Below, piece by piece: positions 19,645 through 28,334 of a stretch of DNA of 64,000 nt. Within the stretch, counting starts at the first letter, position 1. Each line of letters starts with the position of its first letter. Position numbers and translations under genes: made by a program. The notes beneath the pieces are model-generated. The model ran no database searches. It was not told where the DNA came from and saw only the letters and a program-made list of their open reading frames with translations. Source of the DNA: a virus (Duplodnaviria > Caudoviricetes); IMG/VR virus record IMGVR_UViG_3300042402_003952; one strand, given 5' to 3'.

Positions 19645-20541
19645 ATGTCTGACATTTTATCGAGAATGAGTTCTTCTTTTCAACGTAATGTTGCAAGTGG
19701 TGTTATTCCAAAATCTGCTGTTGATGGATATGGTGGATTTTTTGTAGAAAAAGGAAGGTCATATGAAAATGAAATCGTCGGAAAGTTAAAAAGATCAAAA
19801 AAATCAGATGGAACACCTGCACCCTTAATACGATCAAATTTTACTGCTGCTGGTACTAGTTTGAATCCAGATGTTCAGTTTTATGCAAATAATAATAAAA
19901 ACTTGGCAAGTGTTGAAGTTAAAACTAGTTTAAATGCTCAGTGGCTTTCAAAAAAACTAAAAGTAGAAAAAGATGGTAATACTTTTTTTTGGAATGTTAC
20001 TGAAAAAGGTAGAACAAAAACATATGGATTATTAAAGTCTATTTTAGATACTTATAAAGAAGATATATTAAAATCAATAAAGGATGATTTTAATCTACCC
20101 TCAAAAAATAATGAGACAGGAAGTAATCCATTTTACAATATGCAGGCTGTATATGATGCTTTTGAAGATAAAACATTTACAACAAAATTTAAATCTTATA
20201 CACAAAGAAATCAAAAAATTATAATAACTGGAAAAGAAATAGTAGAATTATATGAAAAATATTTGAATGATTTAAATACGTATTATATTCAAATTAAAGG
20301 TAAAGGATTATATTATATTGGGGAAGATATGTATAAATTAAATGATAATTTACCAAAAAATAAAAGGATAATAAAATTTCCTATATCGACAGCATCTTTA
20401 TCTTTAAAAAAGGCATATAAATCTGGCGGAAAATATCAACTTGAACTTCGTATAACTGCATCATCTAAATCAATACAACAAAGTAATTTTTCTTTGGATG
20501 ATACTGGTGATTTAAAAATTATATCCGATTTTGTTTATTAA
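19645..20541 (+). CDS. Putative PD-(D/E)XK nuclease (restriction-endonuclease-like)
   Basis: GRSYENEI helix, PDVQF...SVEVKT; visibly AT-richer than neighbours. Confidence 0.5.
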   Translation: MSDILSRMSSSFQRNVASGVIPKSAVDGYGGFFVEKGRSYENEIVGKLKRSKKSDGTPAPLIRSNFTAAGTSLNPDVQFYANNNKNLASVEVKTSLNAQWLSKKLKVEKDGNTFFWNVTEKGRTKTYGLLKSILDTYKEDILKSIKDDFNLPSKNNETGSNPFYNMQAVYDAFEDKTFTTKFKSYTQRNQKIIITGKEIVELYEKYLNDLNTYYIQIKGKGLYYIGEDMYKLNDNLPKNKRIIKFPISTASLSLKKAYKSGGKYQLELRITASSKSIQQSNFSLDDTGDLKIISDFVY

Positions 20542-20563
20542 TAAATATCTATAAACCTATAAG

Positions 20564-21862
20564 ATGAAAAGATTTTCTCAATTTATATTAGAAGCAAAAG
20601 AAACCAGGGCATCTGAGCAAGCTAAGAAACTTGGTTTAGTTGGTAATGGTCATGGGGATTGGTATAACTCCCAGGGAGAATTTGTTGCTAAAACTGTAGA
20701 TGGGCAATTAAAATTTTTTAATAAAGGACAAAGAATTGGATTAAGAGATATTCCACCAAAATCTGGACAAGGAAGAGGAGCATCTGCTAAGGCACAACAG
20801 CAAGTATCTCCACAACAAACTCAAGGTCAGCAAATTTCTCCTCAAAGAATACCTATTGGGCAAGATGAGCAAATGCCTGCGGATGATGAGTTTTTAACAA
20901 TTGTTCTTGCTAAATTTAATCCCCCATCAAAGGAGCATAAAAAATTATTTACTACTGCAAAAAGAGTTTCTTTAGGTGGAGAATTAAGAATTTATCCATC
21001 TAGAACTCAAGATACTAAATCAAATCCATTAACTGTAAATAGAAAAATTTATTATTTGAAAATGATGTTTCCTGAAATTAAAGATGATATTGTAAATAAT
21101 CCAGAAATTAAAACAATATTTGATGTGTTAATTGCAGGAAATGAAGACGGATATACGAATGTAAATATTGTTGTTGGATCTGATCGTCAAGCCGAAATAC
21201 AAAATCTAGCAAATAAATATAATGAAAAATTTTATCAGTACAATGAAATAAAAGTAATTCCTACTGGAAATTTTGATTCAGGAAAGGATAGTTCGGGAAT
21301 TTCTTCTGGTATGATGAAAAAAACTGCTGCTGACAATAATTTTAGAGAATTTAAAAGAGCCGTTACTAAAAATGTTGATGACCTTGATGCTAGAAAATTG
21401 TTTAATGAACTCAGGAAGGCAATGGGATTTAAAGAAAATGTTAAGGAAAATTATAATCTTTGGGAAATTGCGCCAGAATTAGACTTTAAAAATTTGAGAG
21501 AAAATTATATCCAAAATAAAATTTACAAAATTGGAGATATTGTAGAAAATGTGAATACTGGTCTGGTGGGTAAAGTTATACGTAGGGGGACAAATTATTT
21601 GATATGCGTCACTGAAGAAGATGTTATGTTTAAATCCTGGATAAAAGATATTGTTGAGTACAATGAAGTTAAAATGGATAGTTTGATGAGGGATAAAACT
21701 CACCCAAATACTCTTGTTGGAACTTTGGGGTCATTTAAATATCATGCAAAAATGACTCCAGGTGCAATTGGAACTAATAAGAAAAATCTTCAGTATGGGG
21801 GTAAAGCATATGGAGTAAATTTTATAAATAAGTATAAGGCAAAAAAAGCAAGTACTTGTTAA
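20564..21862 (+). CDS. Cyanophage cytidyltransferase-like (HIGH-superfamily nucleotidyltransferase) protein
   Basis: FNPP..H, YPSRTQD..SNPL, NIVVGSDR, SSGMMK. Confidence 0.8.
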   Translation: MKRFSQFILEAKETRASEQAKKLGLVGNGHGDWYNSQGEFVAKTVDGQLKFFNKGQRIGLRDIPPKSGQGRGASAKAQQQVSPQQTQGQQISPQRIPIGQDEQMPADDEFLTIVLAKFNPPSKEHKKLFTTAKRVSLGGELRIYPSRTQDTKSNPLTVNRKIYYLKMMFPEIKDDIVNNPEIKTIFDVLIAGNEDGYTNVNIVVGSDRQAEIQNLANKYNEKFYQYNEIKVIPTGNFDSGKDSSGISSGMMKKTAADNNFREFKRAVTKNVDDLDARKLFNELRKAMGFKENVKENYNLWEIAPELDFKNLRENYIQNKIYKIGDIVENVNTGLVGKVIRRGTNYLICVTEEDVMFKSWIKDIVEYNEVKMDSLMRDKTHPNTLVGTLGSFKYHAKMTPGAIGTNKKNLQYGGKAYGVNFINKYKAKKASTC

Positions 21863-21863
21863 G

Positions 21864-24305
21864 ATGACTAAAGCAAAACCCGATTATCTTGATTTTGACG
21901 GCGATAGAAACACTAAAGAATCAATGAAAAAAGCCCTGAAAGATAAGAAAACAAAATCTGTTAAAGAGGGGTTGATTGGTGGTCAGACTAAAATTGATGT
22001 TGCTGCTCCTTATGGGAAATTAACTTCTGCAGATTTTAAACATCTTCGAAAATCAAAAAAGAAACTCACCAAAGAAGGATATTCAAATTGGAGAGAAGAC
22101 CTGATTGAAATCGCAGATAAAATTCCAGTAAAAAAAGGAGAAGAGCAAAAAATAATAGAAAAAGAAGTTAATAATAAAATTAAGATTAATCCAACCCTTG
22201 AACTGGGAGAAGCACTAGGAAATCTTGGTGGAACTCTTATTGAAATGATCGAGATTGATGAAGTTGATTATATTGTTGAGAGTGTTTATAATGAACTTCT
22301 CGATGAGGGTTATGATGATAACGAAATTGAAGAAGCTCTTGAGTATGCATTAACCGAAGCAACAGTTACTTTCGGACACGATACTCCTGTTAGAGAAAAG
22401 AAAAGAGGTAATTTATTAAAAGCGGTTGGAAGACTTGCAAGACAAAAACTTTCCAGTAAAGTTCGTGGGGTTAAAAGTGCTGCTTCCGGTGCTATTGCTT
22501 CTGGTGCAAGGCAAGTTGCTAGAGGTGCATTAGGTGTTGCTCGTAAAATGGAAGGCGACAAAAAACCAAGTAAAGTTCATAGCAAACCCGGAGTAAGAAC
22601 ATCATCGACTTATAGTGGTGCTGGTGTAGGAACTAGAGAAAGAGTGAGTAGTGGTTCTTATACTCCTCCTAAACCACAACCAAAAACACAACCAAAAGCG
22701 TCATCTCAAAAATCTCCAGATCCTTGGGGAGAACCAACAACTCCACCAAAAGCAACTCCTAAACAGCAAACAACACAAAAACCTCAAGCAAAAACTACAA
22801 CAGTTTCGGCAAAACCTCAAGCAAAAACTACAACAGTTGCTGCAAAACCATTAAGTAAAAAGCAACAGCAGGCTGCCATGAGGGCAATTCGTAGAAATCC
22901 AAATATCTCTAAAACAGATTTGGATAGAATTACTTCTTCAGTAAATGAAGTAAATCAAAAAGTTTTTAATGATTATTGGAGTTATGTTGCAGAAGAATAT
23001 AAAGAGCAATATGAAATTCTTGAAAAAGCAGAAAGTGAGCAACAACAAAAACTTTTTGGACTTGCACTTTCGGTGAAGAGGGGACAAACTTCAAGAGATA
23101 AAGTAAGCGATAAAGTTCTTGAAATTGTTGATAGTATGAGCGAAAAGAAAATTCGTGATTTTGCTAAAACTCCTCACAAAGGACTTCCTAACAAAATAGA
23201 GACAAAAGAAGAAGCAATAAGACAAGAATTTATTGCTAGAATGATTGAAAAAATTGAAAATCAAAGTGAAGTATATGTTGATGAGGCAAAACTTCCAAAC
23301 TCAATGAAAAAAGGTAGAAAAAAACTTGAGAGCAAAACTCAAGTAATACATGATGTTGATGATAATCTTGCAGATCAACGACATCCTGATGCAGCTAAGA
23401 TTGATGTAATGAGAAAATCTTCCGGCAAATGGCAGAAAGTTAAATCATTAACTCCTAGCCAATTTGCTCATCATAAACTTAGAGGTCCTGGCGAACCTGT
23501 AAAGGAAGAAAAAGATGATCCTGGTGATAAATATGGATTCGATCAATTTAGAAGTACTAAAAAGTTTAGAGAAACGACCAAACCAAACAAACCAGTAGTA
23601 AGGTTGGGAGATAGTTCAAGAAGACCTGCCCAAAAATCTGTGGTGACTGCTCGTGGTGGATCTGAATTTGGAAGTAAAAAACCTAGTACTCCTATGGATA
23701 ATCCAGGAGAGTTTGCTAAAGATTTAAAATCTAGAATTGGGGTAAAAAATCTTGAGAGAAAGAATGTTCATTTTACTGGGGGAATGCGTGCAGGTTCTGG
23801 TCCTGAGAAAAAAGCAGAAGTAGTTAAAAGGATTGTAAAACCCGATGCCAAAAAAGTAATTACTACTGATGACCATCTTCAAAATGTAAGACATATGGCT
23901 GCTGCAGCATCTGAAACTGCACCTAAAGCAAAAGTTAGAGCATATCAATCAAAACCAGCGACAAAGGCAAAAGGTAAGGTTAAAACTGGAGATATTGTTC
24001 CAGTGAGAGTTGGTAAGGAAAAGAATTTAAGTGATACTAATATTGGTATAAGAAAGAACACCTCGCCTTCATCATCTACTAAAGAAACTCAACGCAGAAG
24101 AAAAATTGCAAAGCGTGGTATGAGAAGTGAAGCACTTGATGTAAATACTCAGCAACAAAATACTTCGCGGGTTAATCAACCAACTTCAAATGAATTAAAT
24201 CCTAAACAAAAATCTGCTCTTTCTAAGTTAATTCAAAGTAAAACTATGGAATTGACCGCAGCAAAAAGAGCAATAAGTTCTGGAATTTCTCCTGATATTG
24301 GTTAA
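21864..24305 (+). CDS. Large mosaic protein (putative head-internal/structural) with HAD-like domain
   Basis: LLDEGYDDNEIEEALE domain; K/P/T-rich repeats; VIHDVDDNL / VVTARG / TTDDH motifs. Confidence 0.6.
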   Translation: MTKAKPDYLDFDGDRNTKESMKKALKDKKTKSVKEGLIGGQTKIDVAAPYGKLTSADFKHLRKSKKKLTKEGYSNWREDLIEIADKIPVKKGEEQKIIEKEVNNKIKINPTLELGEALGNLGGTLIEMIEIDEVDYIVESVYNELLDEGYDDNEIEEALEYALTEATVTFGHDTPVREKKRGNLLKAVGRLARQKLSSKVRGVKSAASGAIASGARQVARGALGVARKMEGDKKPSKVHSKPGVRTSSTYSGAGVGTRERVSSGSYTPPKPQPKTQPKASSQKSPDPWGEPTTPPKATPKQQTTQKPQAKTTTVSAKPQAKTTTVAAKPLSKKQQQAAMRAIRRNPNISKTDLDRITSSVNEVNQKVFNDYWSYVAEEYKEQYEILEKAESEQQQKLFGLALSVKRGQTSRDKVSDKVLEIVDSMSEKKIRDFAKTPHKGLPNKIETKEEAIRQEFIARMIEKIENQSEVYVDEAKLPNSMKKGRKKLESKTQVIHDVDDNLADQRHPDAAKIDVMRKSSGKWQKVKSLTPSQFAHHKLRGPGEPVKEEKDDPGDKYGFDQFRSTKKFRETTKPNKPVVRLGDSSRRPAQKSVVTARGGSEFGSKKPSTPMDNPGEFAKDLKSRIGVKNLERKNVHFTGGMRAGSGPEKKAEVVKRIVKPDAKKVITTDDHLQNVRHMAAAASETAPKAKVRAYQSKPATKAKGKVKTGDIVPVRVGKEKNLSDTNIGIRKNTSPSSSTKETQRRRKIAKRGMRSEALDVNTQQQNTSRVNQPTSNELNPKQKSALSKLIQSKTMELTAAKRAISSGISPDIG
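22778..22848 (+). repeat. 33-nt tandem duplication (KPQAKTTTV[S/A]A x2)
   Basis: aaaacctcaagcaaaaactacaacagtt occurs twice, 33 nt apart. Confidence 0.85.
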
Positions 24306-24347
24306 TTTTTCCTAAATAGTTTTGAATCCACTTATACGGAGGTTATT

Positions 24348-24521
24348 ATGGGAGTATTAGTAGAGGTTGTAAAACCACTTCTTTTAGCGGCAATGAATTC
24401 TTGCCATACAAAAAGACTTGTTTGTGAACTTCTTGATCGTTATGTAAATACTACCGATAATGATATTGATGATCTAATTGCAGGGACAGTGAGAACTGCG
24501 CTGCTTAAAGGTTGTAAGTGA
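24348..24521 (+). CDS. 57-aa hypothetical protein
   Basis: Hand translation MGVLVEVVKPLLLAAMNSCH...; SD GGAGG; TAAATA upstream. Confidence 0.65.
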   Translation: MGVLVEVVKPLLLAAMNSCHTKRLVCELLDRYVNTTDNDIDDLIAGTVRTALLKGCK

Positions 24522-24612
24522 TTAATTTTTAAAATAAATTACAAAGGAGATCAAAAGTAAGATCTCCTTTTTTTATAAATATTATTAGCAAATAATTTTA
24601 CGGAAGAAAGAC

Positions 24613-25380
24613 ATGGCACTCTGGGGAGACAATGATAACATTCATTCTGGTGGCACAGTATCTTTAGATTATCAAACCGGTGTTGTAACTGGAAGTGGGA
24701 CAACTTTTGGAAACGTTGGTGCTGCAGCAACTGGAGACGTTATTCGTTTTGGTGCAGTTGTCGGTGGAATTTATTATGGTGATGCTGTAATTGTTGGTAT
24801 TGCAAGTACGACTCAACTATCAATTGGATCAACTAATGGTCTTAGTGGAGCTACGATTTCTGGTGCTCAGTACACTATAAATGAACAACCAAAGTATACA
24901 GTTGATGATGTTTTCTATAGTCAGAAGCATGAACATTCAGGCGAAACAATTAATGCTGTTGTAACCACTGCCTCTGCTCCTGGTGCATCTATTGGAACAA
25001 GTATTGTTGCGGTTGCAAGCACTACAGGAATTCTTGTTACAGATACTCTTACTGCTAGTGGTGGAGTTAGTGCTGTAGTTTCTTCAATCGGTGCTACAAC
25101 TGTTTCTCTTGGTTCTACAATTTCTGCGGGTATTACTACTGGAGCAACTATTACGTTCACTCGTGTAACTGGTGCTCGTAATACTTATGTCGCTGGTGTT
25201 TCTACTGAAGGTGTAGGTGCTGCTAGATCAACAGTATACCAAATTGGTGCTGGTTGGGTTGGAGTTACTACCTATAAAGATGCTGAAGGTAATCTTAGAG
25301 TTAAGAAAGAGATTCTAGTCGCAATGTCTGGCATTCAGACTGGAAATGTTCCTATCTATGATGCAGATCCAACGGTTTGA
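24613..25380 (+). CDS. Gly/Thr/Val-rich virion structural (fibre/decoration-like) protein
   Basis: MALWG start, GWVGVTTY..LRVKKEILVAMSGI end; TATAAATA upstream. Confidence 0.65.
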   Translation: MALWGDNDNIHSGGTVSLDYQTGVVTGSGTTFGNVGAAATGDVIRFGAVVGGIYYGDAVIVGIASTTQLSIGSTNGLSGATISGAQYTINEQPKYTVDDVFYSQKHEHSGETINAVVTTASAPGASIGTSIVAVASTTGILVTDTLTASGGVSAVVSSIGATTVSLGSTISAGITTGATITFTRVTGARNTYVAGVSTEGVGAARSTVYQIGAGWVGVTTYKDAEGNLRVKKEILVAMSGIQTGNVPIYDADPTV

Positions 25381-25386
25381 TAATAT

Positions 25387-25779
25387 ATGTTTTTTAATGA
25401 ATTGAATGAGGACAATTTCCTTTTGTTTGCTATTAAAAATTATGAAAATCCTCAAGCAGTCACTAAAGAAGATTTTGACAAAGATTTAAATCATTTTAAA
25501 TACATCAAAAGACTTTTGAAACGATATAAAAAATCAGGTGAACTTAAAACTCACCTGATTTTAAACCATTTTATTGTTCTTTATAATATTTTTGGTGAGG
25601 CTGCTACACCTATGTTATTTTTTAAAATAGATAAAGATCTTTGGTCAGTTCTAAAATCTTTTATTATATTTTTGAATAAGCTTCCAGAATACCCAAGATC
25701 ATCAATTCATAATATTCAAGTTGACCTATATTGTTTAGAGGAACTTTATAAAATCTACAATGGAAAAGAAGAAACTTGA
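25387..25779 (+). CDS. Conserved T4-like hypothetical protein
   Basis: NFLLFAIKNYENPQ...EDFDKDLNHFKYIKRL. Confidence 0.7.
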   Translation: MFFNELNEDNFLLFAIKNYENPQAVTKEDFDKDLNHFKYIKRLLKRYKKSGELKTHLILNHFIVLYNIFGEAATPMLFFKIDKDLWSVLKSFIIFLNKLPEYPRSSIHNIQVDLYCLEELYKIYNGKEET

Positions 25780-25987
25780 TTGGATTATTTCTATAATAAG
25801 AGAAGAAATGATGACAGCAAATCCTCCTGGTGGTTCTGGTGGATTTTCTAGTTCTTCTGATCCGGCAGGTCCAGTTGCCGGCAGAAGTCCAAAAATGTTT
25901 CTTTTATCGAGAAAGTTTGCTAAAACTTATTCTAAAGGTGGTCCCGGATCCCGCAAAAAATGGTTAGATTATTTAAAAAATAAATAA
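25760..25987 (+). CDS. Small hypothetical protein
   Basis: ORF overlapping the previous gene; IREEM...GG motif. Confidence 0.55.
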   Translation: MEKKKLDWIISIIREEMMTANPPGGSGGFSSSSDPAGPVAGRSPKMFLLSRKFAKTYSKGGPGSRKKWLDYLKNK

Positions 25988-26065
25988 TATTAAACTATAA
26001 AATTTATACGATTAGTTTTCTGAAAAAAGTGAGAGAACGTTCAGACAACTAATTAAACTAAAAAA

Positions 26066-26476
26066 ATGTTTAATCAAAACATATCTGCAGACACTAAAAT
26101 TGCTGTATTGGAAGAACGTCTTTCGGCATACGAAGGTATGATGAAAAAAATTGATGAGGCAATACAGTTAATGGGTAAGACGAGTCAAAATATTAGTAAA
26201 ATGCTTGCTGTTCATGAAGAAAGAATAGAGCAGTGTCATAAGGCAGATGATTATATTAGTAGAGTAATTGAAGAACTGAGATTAGAAAATAAAGATCAGT
26301 ACGAAGCAGTATCAGGAAGAATTGAGAAAATAGAAAATAAATTAGAAGAAGTTGTAAAGTTTCGTTGGGTTATAATTGGGATTTTCGCTGTAGTTTCTTT
26401 TGGTCTCTCGCAATCTCATGTGGTCGTAGATCTTTTAACTCCAGATTCTTCTCAAGTACAAGTACTACAAAAATAA
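26066..26476 (+). CDS. Coiled-coil protein with C-terminal transmembrane helix
   Basis: KIAVLEERL heptads; FRWVIIGIFAVVSFGL hydrophobic segment. Confidence 0.65.
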   Translation: MFNQNISADTKIAVLEERLSAYEGMMKKIDEAIQLMGKTSQNISKMLAVHEERIEQCHKADDYISRVIEELRLENKDQYEAVSGRIEKIENKLEEVVKFRWVIIGIFAVVSFGLSQSHVVVDLLTPDSSQVQVLQK

Positions 26477-26501
26477 ATAGTTGAGTGTTGGCACACCGCC
26501 A

Positions 26502-26609
26502 ATGAAAACTCAAAGAAAAATCACAGTCTATTCACTTCAAAAAGCGACAAATTCGGTTGTTAAGTGGACAGCAATAATCACTTCCCTTTGCCTTGACAAG
26601 ACGCGATAG
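26502..26609 (+). CDS. 35-aa hypothetical protein
   Basis: Hand translation MKTQRKITVYSLQKATNSVVKWTAIITSLCLDKTR. Confidence 0.45.
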   Translation: MKTQRKITVYSLQKATNSVVKWTAIITSLCLDKTR

Positions 26610-26638
26610 TCTGGTAGAATAGATCAACAGGTTAATGT

Positions 26639-27622
26639 TTGTTTATGGACTTTGTTGATGTAAAGTACATCAATTTGATATCTTCTCGTTTTCAGAAATT
26701 CAAGAAGGTAAAGAATAATCTTTACAACTTTCGTTGCCCTATTTGCGGCGACTCTCAAAAAAATAAAAATAAGGCAAGAGGTTATTTGTATCAAGTAAAA
26801 AATAACACAAACTTTAAGTGCCATAATTGTGGCATTAATATTTCCTTCAACAATTTTCTCAAACAAATAGATTCCGTAATCTATAAGCAATATGCATTTG
26901 AAAAATTTAAAGATGGAAAGACTGGTAGAAACTTCACTGTTGAAGAACCAGCGTTTCATTTTCAAGCACCAAAGTTTAAACCTAAACTAGACTTACCTAA
27001 AGCATCAGAAAATCCTGATGCAAATGAATATTTGGTAAAGAGAAAATTAAATCCGCATAACTATTATTACGCCGAAAAATTTAAGTCTTGGACTAATTCT
27101 TTAAAGAAAGTCTTCGATGATACAAGTAAAGATGAACCTAGGATTATCATTCCTCTGTTCTATCAAGATACTCTTATTGGATTTCAAGGTAGAGCACTTG
27201 ATCATAATAAGATTAAATACATTACTGTAATGCTTGATGATGATGCACCAAAAATATATGGTCTCGATGAAATCAAAAAAGATCAAACTGTCTACATCAC
27301 GGAAGGTCCATTCGATTCAACTTTCATATGCAACTCAATTGCTCTTTGTGGAGCTGACGGTGATGTTAGTAAGTGGGGTATTAGCAATTGTGTGTGGATC
27401 TATGATAACGAACCACGTAATGCAGAAATCCACCGCAGAATTGAACATTGTATCAGTGGAGGAGATAAGGTCGTAATTTGGCCATCTAATATAAAAGAAA
27501 AAGATGTGAATGATCTAATTATTAGTGGATATTCTCAAGAAAATATTATGAAAATTATTAAAGAAAATGTTTATAAAGGATTGGAGGCAAAATTAAAATT
27601 AAATCAATGGAAAAGATGTTGA
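26639..27622 (+). CDS. gp61: DNA primase (with alternative C-terminus)
   Basis: CPICGDS...CHNC zinc finger, EGPFDS, YDNEPRN, KDVND. Confidence 0.96.
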   Translation: MFMDFVDVKYINLISSRFQKFKKVKNNLYNFRCPICGDSQKNKNKARGYLYQVKNNTNFKCHNCGINISFNNFLKQIDSVIYKQYAFEKFKDGKTGRNFTVEEPAFHFQAPKFKPKLDLPKASENPDANEYLVKRKLNPHNYYYAEKFKSWTNSLKKVFDDTSKDEPRIIIPLFYQDTLIGFQGRALDHNKIKYITVMLDDDAPKIYGLDEIKKDQTVYITEGPFDSTFICNSIALCGADGDVSKWGISNCVWIYDNEPRNAEIHRRIEHCISGGDKVVIWPSNIKEKDVNDLIISGYSQENIMKIIKENVYKGLEAKLKLNQWKRC

Positions 27623-28192
27623 TGTATTAGGAACGCATTTTAAGTGATGTTTTAAATTGGATTTTATAGTTTCTCTTTTGCAAAATAAACAACAAAATCT
27701 ATCAGTTCTTTGTTTTTTAAATAGTGGATGTTTTTCTCCTCTTATTCCAAACATTGGATTATTTTTTCCTTTCATCCTTTTTGAATGATCTGGTCTTTTT
27801 CTTCTTGCATGTGGTCTTGGGATGCCTTTTGTTTTTTCACTTAACTTTTGGTTTCTTTCTTTGGTATGTTTTTTTCCTGAAAAACCAGATCCAAATTTTC
27901 CATTTGCAACTGCTATTGATTTGTTGATATAAAGTGGATTTTTGTCTACCTTTAAATGTCTATGTATTTTTTCTTCTTTTTGATATGCATCTTTTCTTTT
28001 TTTAAATTCTTGTATTATTAAAGTCTTAAATAAATGTGGATTATTTTTAATTTCTATTTTCCATATATCTCTGTATTCTTCGGACATTACTGAACCATGA
28101 TATCCACCATCAATTTTATCGATACTTGTTGAACCAATATAAAATGGAGGAAGATTATTTCCTTTATAAATTGTAAGATAAACGCAGTACAT
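27599..28192 (-). CDS. GIY-YIG homing endonuclease with NUMOD3 motifs, antisense to flanking genes
   Basis: VYLTIY...FYIGSTS, YHGS, GKKHTKE, NNPMFG. Confidence 0.85.
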   Translation of the reverse strand: MYCVYLTIYKGNNLPPFYIGSTSIDKIDGGYHGSVMSEEYRDIWKIEIKNNPHLFKTLIIQEFKKRKDAYQKEEKIHRHLKVDKNPLYINKSIAVANGKFGSGFSGKKHTKERNQKLSEKTKGIPRPHARRKRPDHSKRMKGKNNPMFGIRGEKHPLFKKQRTDRFCCLFCKRETIKSNLKHHLKCVPNTSTSFPLI

Positions 28193-28226
28193 ACCATATC
28201 ATTAATATCTAAAACTATTTATTAAT

Positions 28227-28334
28227 ATTAATGATATGGTTCTTTCTGGACTGGATGTGCAGTCTGTGATAGAATTAAATACTTACTCTGGATTAGAAGC
28301 AAAACTAAAATTCACTACTTGGAAGAAAATATGA
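28227..28334 (+). pseudogene. Duplicated primase 3' end (INDMVLSGLDVQSVIELNTYSGLEAKLKFTTWKKI*), ATG at 28236
   Basis: Aligns with the C-terminus of 26639..27622 (VNDLIISG...YKGLEAKLKLNQWKRC); stop overlaps nrdA ATG. Confidence 0.8.

Noticed and set aside
27599-28230. Group I intron in the primase gene
   Set aside because: The endonuclease is antisense, no P7-type core motifs are visible, and the primase already has a complete in-frame C-terminus
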